The translations under genes were made by a program, and so were the position numbers. This document shows, piece by piece, positions 1 through 7,146 of a DNA stretch of 64,000 bases (within the stretch, counting starts at the first letter, position 1; the number at the start of each line of letters is the position of its first letter). This DNA comes from Gemmatimonadota bacterium. Lineage in GTDB: Bacteria > Gemmatimonadota > Gemmatimonadetes > Gemmatimonadales > GWC2-71-9. A model generated the notes under the pieces. That model was not told the DNA's origin and searched no databases. It was given only the letters and a program-made list of their open reading frames with translations. The DNA lies in contig JBDHDE010000006.1 of the NCBI GenBank assembly GCA_039591655.1, positions 1-64,000 of the forward strand, read 5' to 3'.

Positions 1-426
1 GAAGGTGGGACAGGGAACTACTCCTTCGCGCCCGAGCCGTCCAACGCCCCGATTCCAGGGCTGAGGATCCGGGCGACGACGGGCCAGGGGGCACTGTACC
101 CCGATACCGCGACTGTCGACCTCGACTCCGTGCACACTGTGCCGGATCCGTACTACGGGGGCAACGCTTGGGAGGCGGGCCTGGCAGCCAAGATCCTCAA
201 GTTCGTGAACCTCCCCAACCAGGCCATCATCAGGATCTACTCGCTGAGCGGCATCCTCCTCTCGCTAATCGAGCACAACGATCCCACCGGGGGTGGCGAG
301 GCCACGTGGAACCTGCGCAACCGGAACGGCCACTTCGTGGCGAGCGGGGTCTACTTCTATCACGTGGAGACACCCAGCGGTCAGCAGGCGGTGGGGCGCT
401 TCACCGTCGTGTGGAGCGTGCAGTAA
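1..426 (+). CDS. 3' end (partial) of a large secreted protein with a FlgD-Ig / T9SS-CTD-like C-terminal domain
   Basis: Frame 1 is open from base 1 to TAA at 424-426. C-terminus VHTVPDPY..LKFVNLP..AIIRIYSLSG..WNLRNRNGHFVASGVYFYHV matches the FlgD-Ig/Por-secretion-tail pattern. Confidence 0.75.
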   Translation, partial: EGGTGNYSFAPEPSNAPIPGLRIRATTGQGALYPDTATVDLDSVHTVPDPYYGGNAWEAGLAAKILKFVNLPNQAIIRIYSLSGILLSLIEHNDPTGGGEATWNLRNRNGHFVASGVYFYHVETPSGQQAVGRFTVVWSVQ

Positions 427-703
427 GCCCGCCACCGGAGTATTGCAGGGCCGTGCGGCGGCATTGCGACCACGCCGGCAACCGCGGCACACAACTAGAA
501 GCGCCCAGCCGCGCGCCGGGCGCTGGTGTTTCCCCGCCAAATTGGACAAACCCGCTTCAGAATCCGCTTGCGCACTGGCGGCCAGGCTGCATGTTCGCCG
601 TATCCGTCGAACCGCCGATGGCCTCGACGGCCCGCCCCGCTAGAGCGAGCGCCCTCCACCTGGACGCCCCACCGACGGACGTGACCGCCAGACCACCGAC
701 GGG

Positions 704-1507
704 ATGGACCCCATTGGCACTGGTCTCGGAGGCACGGACATGTTCGGCGATTCGATTTACGCCTATCTGCTAGAGAGCATCCTCGTCGTCATCCCCATGA
801 CCCTGATCATCTTCTTGGTGCTCAGATTCGTTTGGAGCCGGGACGATCTCAAGGTCGAGGTCAATCCAAAGACCGGGCAAGTCGGGCCGCCACATCTGTG
901 TCGCGGTGGGTGGAATGAGGGAGAGTTGCGAGGGTGCCAGCACGGCTACGGCACGACTGGAATGCCCGTAGAACCCGTCAATACCTACTCGAACCTGGCG
1001 TATCTGGCTGCCGGATGGGTGGCTCTCCGATCCGTCGGTGGTGGACCGGCGACAGTCTTCTTCATTGCCATGGCCTTTCTCTGCTTTGGCTCAGCCCTCT
1101 ATCACGGGGTCAAGACACGCTGGTCCGCGAGGTGGGACCACGGCGGCATGTACGCCGTGATGGCAGGACTGACGTTCTACGTGGTGGTCGTGGGCCACCC
1201 GTCGGAAACCTGGATCATGCTGGCGGGAGCGGCGGCGAGCGGAATTGCCCTTGCGTGGCTGCTGGACGGAAATCTGATGGCGCGCATGGCGCTTCTGTTG
1301 GCGCTCATCTCGGTGGGTGTATTTACGAGCGGCAATGCCACGCTGGGGTGGTACAGCCTCGGCCTGTTTGTGCTCGCGATCATCGTGTGGCTGATAGACA
1401 AGCACACCGGCGTACTCGGCAGGGTCGGTCACGGGTTGTGGCACGTTTTCACCGCAGCTGCGATCGCCGTGATGTTCGCGGCTATACCACCGACAATCGT
1501 ATCTTAG
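704..1507 (+). CDS. Ceramidase/CREST-superfamily membrane hydrolase
   Basis: About 7 hydrophobic segments. Motifs EPVNTYSNLAY, GSALYH, D(HGGM) and HGLWH fit the CREST SxxxH / D / HxxWH zinc site. Start could be 704 or 740. Confidence 0.7.
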   Translation: MDPIGTGLGGTDMFGDSIYAYLLESILVVIPMTLIIFLVLRFVWSRDDLKVEVNPKTGQVGPPHLCRGGWNEGELRGCQHGYGTTGMPVEPVNTYSNLAYLAAGWVALRSVGGGPATVFFIAMAFLCFGSALYHGVKTRWSARWDHGGMYAVMAGLTFYVVVVGHPSETWIMLAGAAASGIALAWLLDGNLMARMALLLALISVGVFTSGNATLGWYSLGLFVLAIIVWLIDKHTGVLGRVGHGLWHVFTAAAIAVMFAAIPPTIVS

Positions 1508-1588
1508 GTAACTCAGTTGAGGATTCTGACGCCATCATCTGAACGGGCAATCGTATAGGGCACGCTCTCGATTCTCCCCCCTGGGGCC

Positions 1589-1966
1589 TCATGGCTTGGT
1601 TCTCCTGGTAGCCCGCCAAGCTCCTAGACTGACCGCTCGCGGGCCTGAGGCCGGTTCTGGTCGTGGAGACACAGTTCCTGCCTGTTGTTGCCGTTGAAAC
1701 GCCTCCAGGGCCCTCGGAGTGATGCGGTACTCCCGACCGTGGAGCATGTAGGCGTCCAACTCCTGGTTCCGGATCCAGCTCCGCACAGTCTGAGGGGAGC
1801 GGTTGAACAGCGCAGCGACTTCGGCCACCGTCAGATCCGCGCGGTGCCCGGCTGGTGACGAGGTGTCGTCGGTGAGCCAGCCACGTATCAGGGTCACGGG
1901 CAAGACGACGGCGGCCGTTTCTGGCAGCGCATCAGTGATCTGTCGAAGCTGTTGCTCAAGGGTCAT
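1589..1966 (-). CDS. Excisionase-like helix-turn-helix DNA-binding protein (MerR-like/HTH_17)
   Basis: LTVAEVAALFNRSPQTVRSWIRNQELDAY..GREYRITPRALEAF is a typical Xis-family HTH. It lies next to the 3' end of a tRNA operon. Start uncertain (1966, 1990 or 1993). Confidence 0.75.
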   Translation of the reverse strand: MTLEQQLRQITDALPETAAVVLPVTLIRGWLTDDTSSPAGHRADLTVAEVAALFNRSPQTVRSWIRNQELDAYMLHGREYRITPRALEAFQRQQQAGTVSPRPEPASGPRAVSLGAWRATRRTKP

Positions 1967-2060
1967 GCCAAGCTCAGCCTGTCCCGGCATCAACGATCGT
2001 TGGCTCGCGAGGCCAACCGAGAGTGGTTACAGGAGTCTGTGACAATCACGAAGATGCAGT

Positions 2061-2106
2061 AGAAACAGCAAGCCCCGCAGCGCGTAACTCGCTGCGGGGT
2101 TTTGCC
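2061..2106 (-). terminator. Intrinsic terminator of the tRNA operon (possibly bidirectional)
   Basis: 10-bp stem CCCCGCAGCG/CGCTGCGGGG with a 7-nt loop. T-rich flanks on both strands. Lies just downstream of the last tRNA. Confidence 0.7.
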
Positions 2107-2113
2107 TTACACA

Positions 2114-2179
2114 TGCGCCAGACAGGATTCGAACCTGTGACCTTGAGGCCAACGCTCTATCCAACTGAGCTACTGGCGC
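2114..2179 (-). pseudogene. tRNA-Arg-type gene with the anticodon loop and 3' stem deleted (66 nt)
   Basis: Reverse complement GCGCCAG TA GCTC AGTTGGATA GAGC G TTGGC CTC A AGGTC ACAGG TTCGAAT CCTGT CTGGCGC A. Acceptor, D and T arms are intact, but it is 8 nt shorter than the neighbouring 74-nt tRNA-Arg and lacks the GCCAA partner strand. Confidence 0.8.
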
Positions 2180-2210
2180 TGGTGCCGGGCGCTGTGACGC
2201 AGCCCGGCAG

Positions 2211-2284
2211 TCGGGGCGGCGGGATTTGAACCCGCGACCTCCTGCTCCCGAAGCAGGCGCGCTACCGAGCTGCGCTACGCCCCG
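2211..2284 (-). tRNA. tRNA-Pro(CGG)
   Basis: Cloverleaf CGGGGCGTAGCGCAG..CCTGC TT CGG GA GCAGG..TTCAAATCCCGCCGCCCCGA. Confidence 0.95.
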
Positions 2285-2300
2285 GAGTACTTCCCTTCCA

Positions 2301-2374
2301 TGCGCCCAGGAGGACTCGAACCCCCAACCTCTTGGTCCGTAGCCAAACGCTCTATCCAGTTGAGCTATGGGCGC
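2301..2374 (-). tRNA. tRNA-Arg(ACG)
   Basis: GCGCCCATAGCTCAACTGGATAGAGCG TTTGG CT ACG GA CCAAG AGGTT GGGGG TTCGAGT CCTCC TGGGCGC A. Confidence 0.95.
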
Positions 2375-2396
2375 AGCTCACTCAGACACCGGCCAG

Positions 2397-2470
2397 TGGG
2401 CGGTACAAGACTCGAACTTGTGGCCTCCACGATGTCAACGTGGCGCTCTAACCAACTGAGCTAACCGCCC
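2397..2470 (-). tRNA. tRNA-Val(GAC)
   Basis: GGGCGGTTAGCTCAGTTGGTTAGAGCG CCACG TT GAC AT CGTGG..TTCGAGT..ACCGCCCA. Confidence 0.95.
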
Positions 2471-2481
2471 GGACCGCGGCT

Positions 2482-2544
2482 GGCGGACAGCTAAACGGCT
2501 AGACGGGCAGATCCTGCTTCCGTCTAGCCGTGTTGCCGTCTGCC
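2482..2544. repeat. Long inverted repeat (hairpin) in a tRNA spacer
   Basis: Perfect 12-bp stem ACGGCTAGACGG (2495-2506) / CCGTCTAGCCGT (2520-2531), with an inner GCAG/CTGC stem and an outer GGCGGAC/GTCTGCC extension. Confidence 0.7.
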
Positions 2545-2551
2545 CTTCCAG

Positions 2552-2625
2552 TAGCGGGGGCGGGATTTGAACCCGCGACCTCCGGGTTATGAGCCCGGCG
2601 AGCTACCAGACTGCTCCACCCCGCG
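2552..2625 (-). tRNA. Initiator tRNA-fMet(CAT)
   Basis: CGCGGGGTGGAGCAG..CCGGG CT CAT AA CCCGG..CCCCGCTA. The 1:72 mismatch and three G-C pairs at the base of the anticodon stem are initiator hallmarks. Confidence 0.95.
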
Positions 2626-2643
2626 CCGATTTCCCTCCAGTAG

Positions 2644-2728
2644 AGCGGGAAACGGGACTCGACGGGTCCCCGCCTGAGGCGGCTCGGGCGGCCAGGAATC
2701 AAGCTAACCGAACCCGACTCGCTACCGC
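2644..2728 (-). pseudogene. tRNA-Gly-like remnant (3' end intact, T-loop interrupted)
   Basis: 2662-2644 reads TCGAGTCCCGTTTCCCGCT, the typical tRNA-Gly 3' end. The matching T-stem strand CGGGTTCG sits about 47 nt upstream. No D arm or anticodon arm is recognisable. Confidence 0.6.
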
Positions 2729-2759
2729 TAGGCGACGGGGCGTCCCCGGGCGTTGGGAG

Positions 2760-2832
2760 TGGAGGCGAGGGGAATCGAACCCCTGACCTCGTGAATGCCA
2801 TTCACGCGCTCTCCCAACTGAGCTACGCCCCC
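2760..2832 (-). tRNA. tRNA-Ala(GGC)
   Basis: GGGGGCGTAGCTCAGTTGGGAGAGCG CGTGA AT GGC AT TCACG..CGCCTCCA, with the G3:U70 identity pair. Confidence 0.95.
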
Positions 2833-2879
2833 ATTATATTAGACCGCCCCCGAGGAGCACCCGAGGGTCGGAACACGGC

Positions 2880-2908
2880 AAGCTAGCCGAGCCCTTTTGG
2901 GGTGTCAA
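2880..2908 (-). promoter_or_regulatory. sigma70-type promoter of the tRNA operon
   Basis: Minus strand TTGACA-17 nt-TAGCTT, about 47 nt upstream of tRNA-Ala. Confidence 0.75.
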
Positions 2909-3035
2909 GCGGCCCGCGACCGCGGGGGAAACCTCGGGTGGGGGATTGGGGTAGTGGGTGTGGGGTGTACAGCATGAACCAGCCGCCGGGACCCCCTCAG
3001 TGGCAGCTCGGCGTACAAACTGATATAAAGGAAGA

Positions 3036-3926
3036 ATGGCTCAGCGAGAAAAGAAGAAGCGGCGCCGCCGGCCGGTTCAGGCGATCGCCTTCAATGAGGA
3101 CGACCGCGACCTACTCGACCAGTACCTCTTTGAGGTCAGCAAGACGCCGTTGCTGACCCCCAAGGAGGAGATTGCCCTGGCCAAGAAGGTCCGGAAGGGG
3201 GACACCGAGGCCATGCAGGAGCTGGCGAAGCGGAACCTGCGCTTCGTGATCTCCGTGGCCAAGAAGTACCAGAATCGGGGCCTCCCGCTCACCGACCTCA
3301 TTGGCGAGGGGAACGTCGGGCTCCTCACAGCCGCCCGGAAGTTCGATCCCGACCAGGGGGTGAAGTTCATCTCCTACGCGGTCTGGTGGATCCGCCAGGC
3401 GATCCTGGCCTCCCTGGCCCGCCAGGGGCGGACTGTGCGGGTGCCGCTCAACCGCACGGCCGATCTCTCGAAGATCGTGAAGACGGCCGAGGCGCTGCGG
3501 CAGGAGCTCCGCCGGGAGCCCACGCCGGAGGAGATCTCCTCGGCGACGGGTCTGTCCATGGAGGTGGTGCAGTCCCTGGCCGCCCTCAACACGGGGGAGG
3601 TCCGGTTGGACGCGCCGCTGGACCCCGAGGGCGATCGCGCGCTCATCGAGCGCTTCATCGCCGAGGATCTGCCGGACACCGAGGAGCAGACCATGGAGCG
3701 CTTCCTCAGCGACGAGGTCGAGGAGGCCCTCCTGAGCCTCCCGGCCCGGGACGCCAAGGTGCTCCGGCTCTACTTCGGATTGGACGGCGGGCGCGAGCAC
3801 ACCCTCGAGGAGATCGGGGGCATGCTCGGCGTCACCCGGGAGCGGGTGCGCCAGCTGCGGGACCGGGCCCTCAAGCGGCTGCGCGAGGGCGACGTGGGTC
3901 GCGCCCTGGCGAGCTTCGCCGCCTGA
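3036..3926 (+). CDS. RNA polymerase sigma70 factor, RpoD/RpoS family, lacking region 1.1
   Basis: Region 1.2 LDQYLFEVSKTPLLT; region 2 NLRFVISVAKKY, DLIGEGNVGL, KFISYAVWWIRQAI; region 4.2 TLEEIGGMLGVTRERVRQL. Confidence 0.93.
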   Translation: MAQREKKKRRRRPVQAIAFNEDDRDLLDQYLFEVSKTPLLTPKEEIALAKKVRKGDTEAMQELAKRNLRFVISVAKKYQNRGLPLTDLIGEGNVGLLTAARKFDPDQGVKFISYAVWWIRQAILASLARQGRTVRVPLNRTADLSKIVKTAEALRQELRREPTPEEISSATGLSMEVVQSLAALNTGEVRLDAPLDPEGDRALIERFIAEDLPDTEEQTMERFLSDEVEEALLSLPARDAKVLRLYFGLDGGREHTLEEIGGMLGVTRERVRQLRDRALKRLREGDVGRALASFAA

Positions 3927-3969
3927 GGAGACAGTCAACGAGACGAGCCCCGGGCAGTGGCTCGTTCCT

Positions 3970-4004
3970 CGGGGGCAGGTGGCTGCAGGTGCCACCTGCC
4001 CCCG
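3970..4004 (+). terminator. Strong hairpin after the sigma factor gene (terminator-like)
   Basis: 14-bp stem CGGGGGCAGGTGGC/GCCACCTGCCCCCG; weak U-tract. Confidence 0.5.
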
Positions 4005-4128
4005 CGTTGCGTTGCCGGCCGGGGGCGCGTTGGGCGCCGCCGGGGTGGGCAGCGTGGTCACAAACCTGATCGTGCCGTGCCGGGTCGGAGCCCTGGCCCG
4101 GCCCCCTGACCTCCGGTAAATTCGCGCC

Positions 4129-4890
4129 GTGTACAACGCATTGACGGTCCGGGTCGCCGGCTGGCTTACTGCGGTCGGCCGGGTGGGCCACTTCCTGTCC
4201 GACGTCGCCCGCAGCGCGCGGGAGGTCGGCACTTGGGGCGGCCTCACCGCGGCGCAGATGCGGCGCATCGGGGTGCAGTCGCTGCCCATCGCCTGCTTCA
4301 TCGCGGTCTTCACCGGGATCGTCATGGCACTGCTCTCCTCGTACAGCTTCACCGGGGCAGTGCCGCTCTACTTCGTGGGAACCTTCGTGGGGAAGGCCAT
4401 GATGTTGGAGCTGGCCCCGGTGCTGGTTGGCCTGGCCCTTGCGGGTCGGGTGGGCGCCAACATCGCCGCCGAGCTGGGCACCATGCGGGTGACCGAGCAG
4501 GTCGACGCCCTCGAGACCCTGGCCTACGATCCCAACTCGTACCTCGTGGTCCCCCGAGTCGTGGCGGCGACCCTCATGTTCCCCGTCGTCGTGGCCATCG
4601 CCAGCGCCGTGGGGATCGTGTCCGGGTGGATCACCGCCGTGAACCTGCTGGATCTCTCCACGCCGGAGTTCGTGAAGGGGCTGCGGCTGTTCTACCAGTT
4701 CAAGGACGTCTGGTTCGGGTTGGTGAAGGCCATGTCGTTCGGCCTCGCCATCGCCCTCATCGGCTGCTACCACGGCCTCACCACCCGAGGGGGTGCCGAG
4801 GGTGTGGGGCGGGAGACTACCACCGCCGTGGTGCGGGGCGCCGAGGCGATCCTGGTGCTGGACGCTTTTTGGGCGGTGGTGCTGCTGTGA
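4129..4890 (+). CDS. mlaE: MlaE-family ABC permease
   Basis: ELAPVLVGLALAGRVGANIAAELGTMRVTEQVDALETL and GGAEGVGRETT signatures. Confidence 0.92.
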   Translation: MYNALTVRVAGWLTAVGRVGHFLSDVARSAREVGTWGGLTAAQMRRIGVQSLPIACFIAVFTGIVMALLSSYSFTGAVPLYFVGTFVGKAMMLELAPVLVGLALAGRVGANIAAELGTMRVTEQVDALETLAYDPNSYLVVPRVVAATLMFPVVVAIASAVGIVSGWITAVNLLDLSTPEFVKGLRLFYQFKDVWFGLVKAMSFGLAIALIGCYHGLTTRGGAEGVGRETTTAVVRGAEAILVLDAFWAVVLL

Positions 4891-4906
4891 GAACGGGACG
4901 GCCGGG

Positions 4907-5674
4907 ATGATCGAGTTTCGGGACGTCCACAAGGCGTTCGGCGAGAAGCACGTCCTGCAGGGCTTCTCCCTGGAGGTCCAGGACGGCGAGACCATGGTGG
5001 TCATCGGCCACTCGGGCAGCGGCAAGAGCGTGGCCCTGAAGCACGTGGTGGGACTCTTGGAGCCCGACTTCGGCGAGGTGGAGGTGGACGGCGAGATCGT
5101 CCACGCGCTGGATCGCGAGAGCTTGAGGGCCCTGCGCTCCCGCATCGGCTTCGTGTTCCAGTTCGCCGCCCTGTTCGACTCCATGACCGTATGGGAGAAC
5201 CTCACGCTGGGTCTCAAGCGGCAGCGCCTGTCCCAGCGGGAGATGGCCGAGCGGGTGCAGGAATCCCTCGCCATGGTGGACCTCCTGGGGAGCGAGGACC
5301 GCTACCCCGCCGAGCTTTCGGGGGGGATGCGCAAGCGGGTGGGACTGGCCCGGGCGATCGCGCTGCGGCCCACCTACCTTCTATATGACGAGCCGACCAC
5401 CGGGCTGGATCCGGTGACGGCGGCGGTAATCAATGAGCTGATGCGCAAGACGCGGGAGCGGCTGGGGGTGACCAGTATCGTCGTGACACATGACTTGACC
5501 AGCGCGTACGCCGTGGGCGATCGCATCGCCATGCTGCACCGAGGGGCGATCCGCCAGGTGGGGACGGTGGAGCAGATCCAGCGCACCCACGATCCCATCG
5601 TACGGCAGTTCATCGAGGGGCGGCCGGACGGCGGTGCGGCGGCCGAGGCCGCCCAGGCGGGAGGGTTGGCGTGA
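4907..5674 (+). CDS. mlaF: MlaF-family ABC ATPase
   Basis: Walker A GHSGSGKS, signature LSGGMRKRVGLARA, LLYDEPTTGLDP. Sits between mlaE and mlaD. ATG at 4907. Confidence 0.92.
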   Translation: MIEFRDVHKAFGEKHVLQGFSLEVQDGETMVVIGHSGSGKSVALKHVVGLLEPDFGEVEVDGEIVHALDRESLRALRSRIGFVFQFAALFDSMTVWENLTLGLKRQRLSQREMAERVQESLAMVDLLGSEDRYPAELSGGMRKRVGLARAIALRPTYLLYDEPTTGLDPVTAAVINELMRKTRERLGVTSIVVTHDLTSAYAVGDRIAMLHRGAIRQVGTVEQIQRTHDPIVRQFIEGRPDGGAAAEAAQAGGLA

Positions 5675-6678
5675 AGCGGCGCGACGAGATCGTCGTCGGG
5701 GCGACCATCCTGGTCGGGCTGGCCGTGGTGGTAGCCGCGACGTTCTGGCTCTCCAGCACCCGGCTGGGCGTCTCGCCGGTGGAGCACCGGGCCCGCTTCC
5801 AGACGGTGGGAGGCCTGGGCGTGGGGGATCCCGTGGTGCTCCGGGGGGTGCGGGTGGGCCGCGTCCAGGCGATCCGCCTGGGGGAGCGCAACTGGGTGGA
5901 GGCCGAGCTCCAGGTCTACGAGGAAGTGGTGGTCCCGCCGCGGCCCGCCATCATCGCCGCGGCTCGGTCCCTGTTCGGCGAGTGGCAGGCGGACATCATC
6001 AGCCTGGACCAGCCTCCCGACGACGCCAGCATCCGGCGCGCCCTGGAGGCGGCGCTGGCCGAGGGCGACGACGCCTGGCCCGGGGCCACCCTGCCGGATA
6101 TCGGCCAGCTCACCGCCCAGGCCAACCGCATCGCCACGGACATCACGACGATCTCCTCGCGCATCCAGACGGTGTTCGATTCCCAGGCGGTGGCGGAGCT
6201 GCAGGAGGCCATTCGCGACTTCACCGGGATCGCCGACAACATCAGCGCCTTCACGCAGCAGCAGACGGAGCTGATGGGCGAGGTGGGCGACAACCTGCGC
6301 CAGGGCTCCACCGTGCTGACCGACGCGGCCCGGCGGCTGCAGTCCTCCCTGGCCCGGGTGGACGAGGCTACGGAGCAGGGGGAGCTGGAGGTGATCCTGG
6401 ACAACACAGCGGCGGCCTCGGAGGATGTGGCCCAGGCGCTCCGGGACATGCGGGAGGTGATGGGCGTGGCGCGGGCCAATCAGGCGAGCATCGAGCGGCT
6501 GATCCTGGGCGCCGACACTCTGATGACGCGCCTGCAGGAAGGGACGGGCACCATCGGTCTGCTCATGTCCGACTCGGCGCTCTACCAGGAAGCGACGCTG
6601 GCGGTGGTACAGCTGCGGGAGCTGTTGGCCGACATCCAGGCCAACCCGCGCAAGTACTTCAAGTTCTCGGTCTTCTAG
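5671..6678 (+). CDS. mlaD: MlaD/MCE-family protein with a long helical domain
   Basis: N-terminal TM, MCE motif F.TVGGLGVGDPVVLRGVRVGRV, C-terminal LLADIQANPRKY. Confidence 0.88.
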   Translation: MKRRDEIVVGATILVGLAVVVAATFWLSSTRLGVSPVEHRARFQTVGGLGVGDPVVLRGVRVGRVQAIRLGERNWVEAELQVYEEVVVPPRPAIIAAARSLFGEWQADIISLDQPPDDASIRRALEAALAEGDDAWPGATLPDIGQLTAQANRIATDITTISSRIQTVFDSQAVAELQEAIRDFTGIADNISAFTQQQTELMGEVGDNLRQGSTVLTDAARRLQSSLARVDEATEQGELEVILDNTAAASEDVAQALRDMREVMGVARANQASIERLILGADTLMTRLQEGTGTIGLLMSDSALYQEATLAVVQLRELLADIQANPRKYFKFSVF

Positions 6679-7145
6679 TGGGCCTCAGGCGACGACCGAG
6701 GAGGGAGACGAGCGCCGGCGGCGTGATCTTCCGCCGCACCGAGGAGGGGCCCCGCTTTCTCCTGATCCTGGACTCCTACAAGAACTGGGGTTTTCCCAAG
6801 GGACACATCGACGAGGGGGAATCCCCCGACGTTGCGGCCCGTCGGGAGATTCACGAGGAGACCGGTCTCGACGATGTGATCTTGCAGGCGCCCCTGGGGA
6901 TGATCGACTGGTTCTTTCGGCTCCGCGGCAGACTGATCCACAAGTACTGCCACTTCTATCTGTTCGAGTCGCCCGCCGGGGATCCCACGCCCCAGCTCGG
7001 GGAAGGGATAACCGAGTGTAAGTGGTTTCCGCGGGACGAAGCCCTCGAGACCATCTCCTACGACAACGCCCGGGGTGTGTTCCGCCAGGCGATAAGGGCG
7101 GTAGCCGACCTGGACAGCCCCGGGGCGCCGGGCGCCGAGGGGTAG
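6678..7145 (+). CDS. NUDIX hydrolase (Ap4A hydrolase-like)
   Basis: SAGGVIFR..WGFPKGHIDEGESPDVAARREIHEETGL Nudix box. GTG start overlaps the mlaD stop. Confidence 0.88.
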   Translation: MGLRRRPRRETSAGGVIFRRTEEGPRFLLILDSYKNWGFPKGHIDEGESPDVAARREIHEETGLDDVILQAPLGMIDWFFRLRGRLIHKYCHFYLFESPAGDPTPQLGEGITECKWFPRDEALETISYDNARGVFRQAIRAVADLDSPGAPGAEG

Positions 7146-7146
7146 A

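Noticed and set aside
575..592. Possible sigma54 site (GG-N10-GC)
   Set aside because: Poor match to TGGCAC/TTGC; likely chance in GC-rich DNA.
2139..2150. TCA triplet at the deleted tRNA junction as a possible tRNA-Sec or opal suppressor
   Set aside because: Only a 4-bp stem with a 4-nt loop can form. There is no long variable arm or 8-bp acceptor stem, and the body is Arg-type.
2023..2801. Short ORFs across the tRNA cluster (2023-2229, 2499-2801, 2589-2786)
   Set aside because: They are translations of tRNA sequence.
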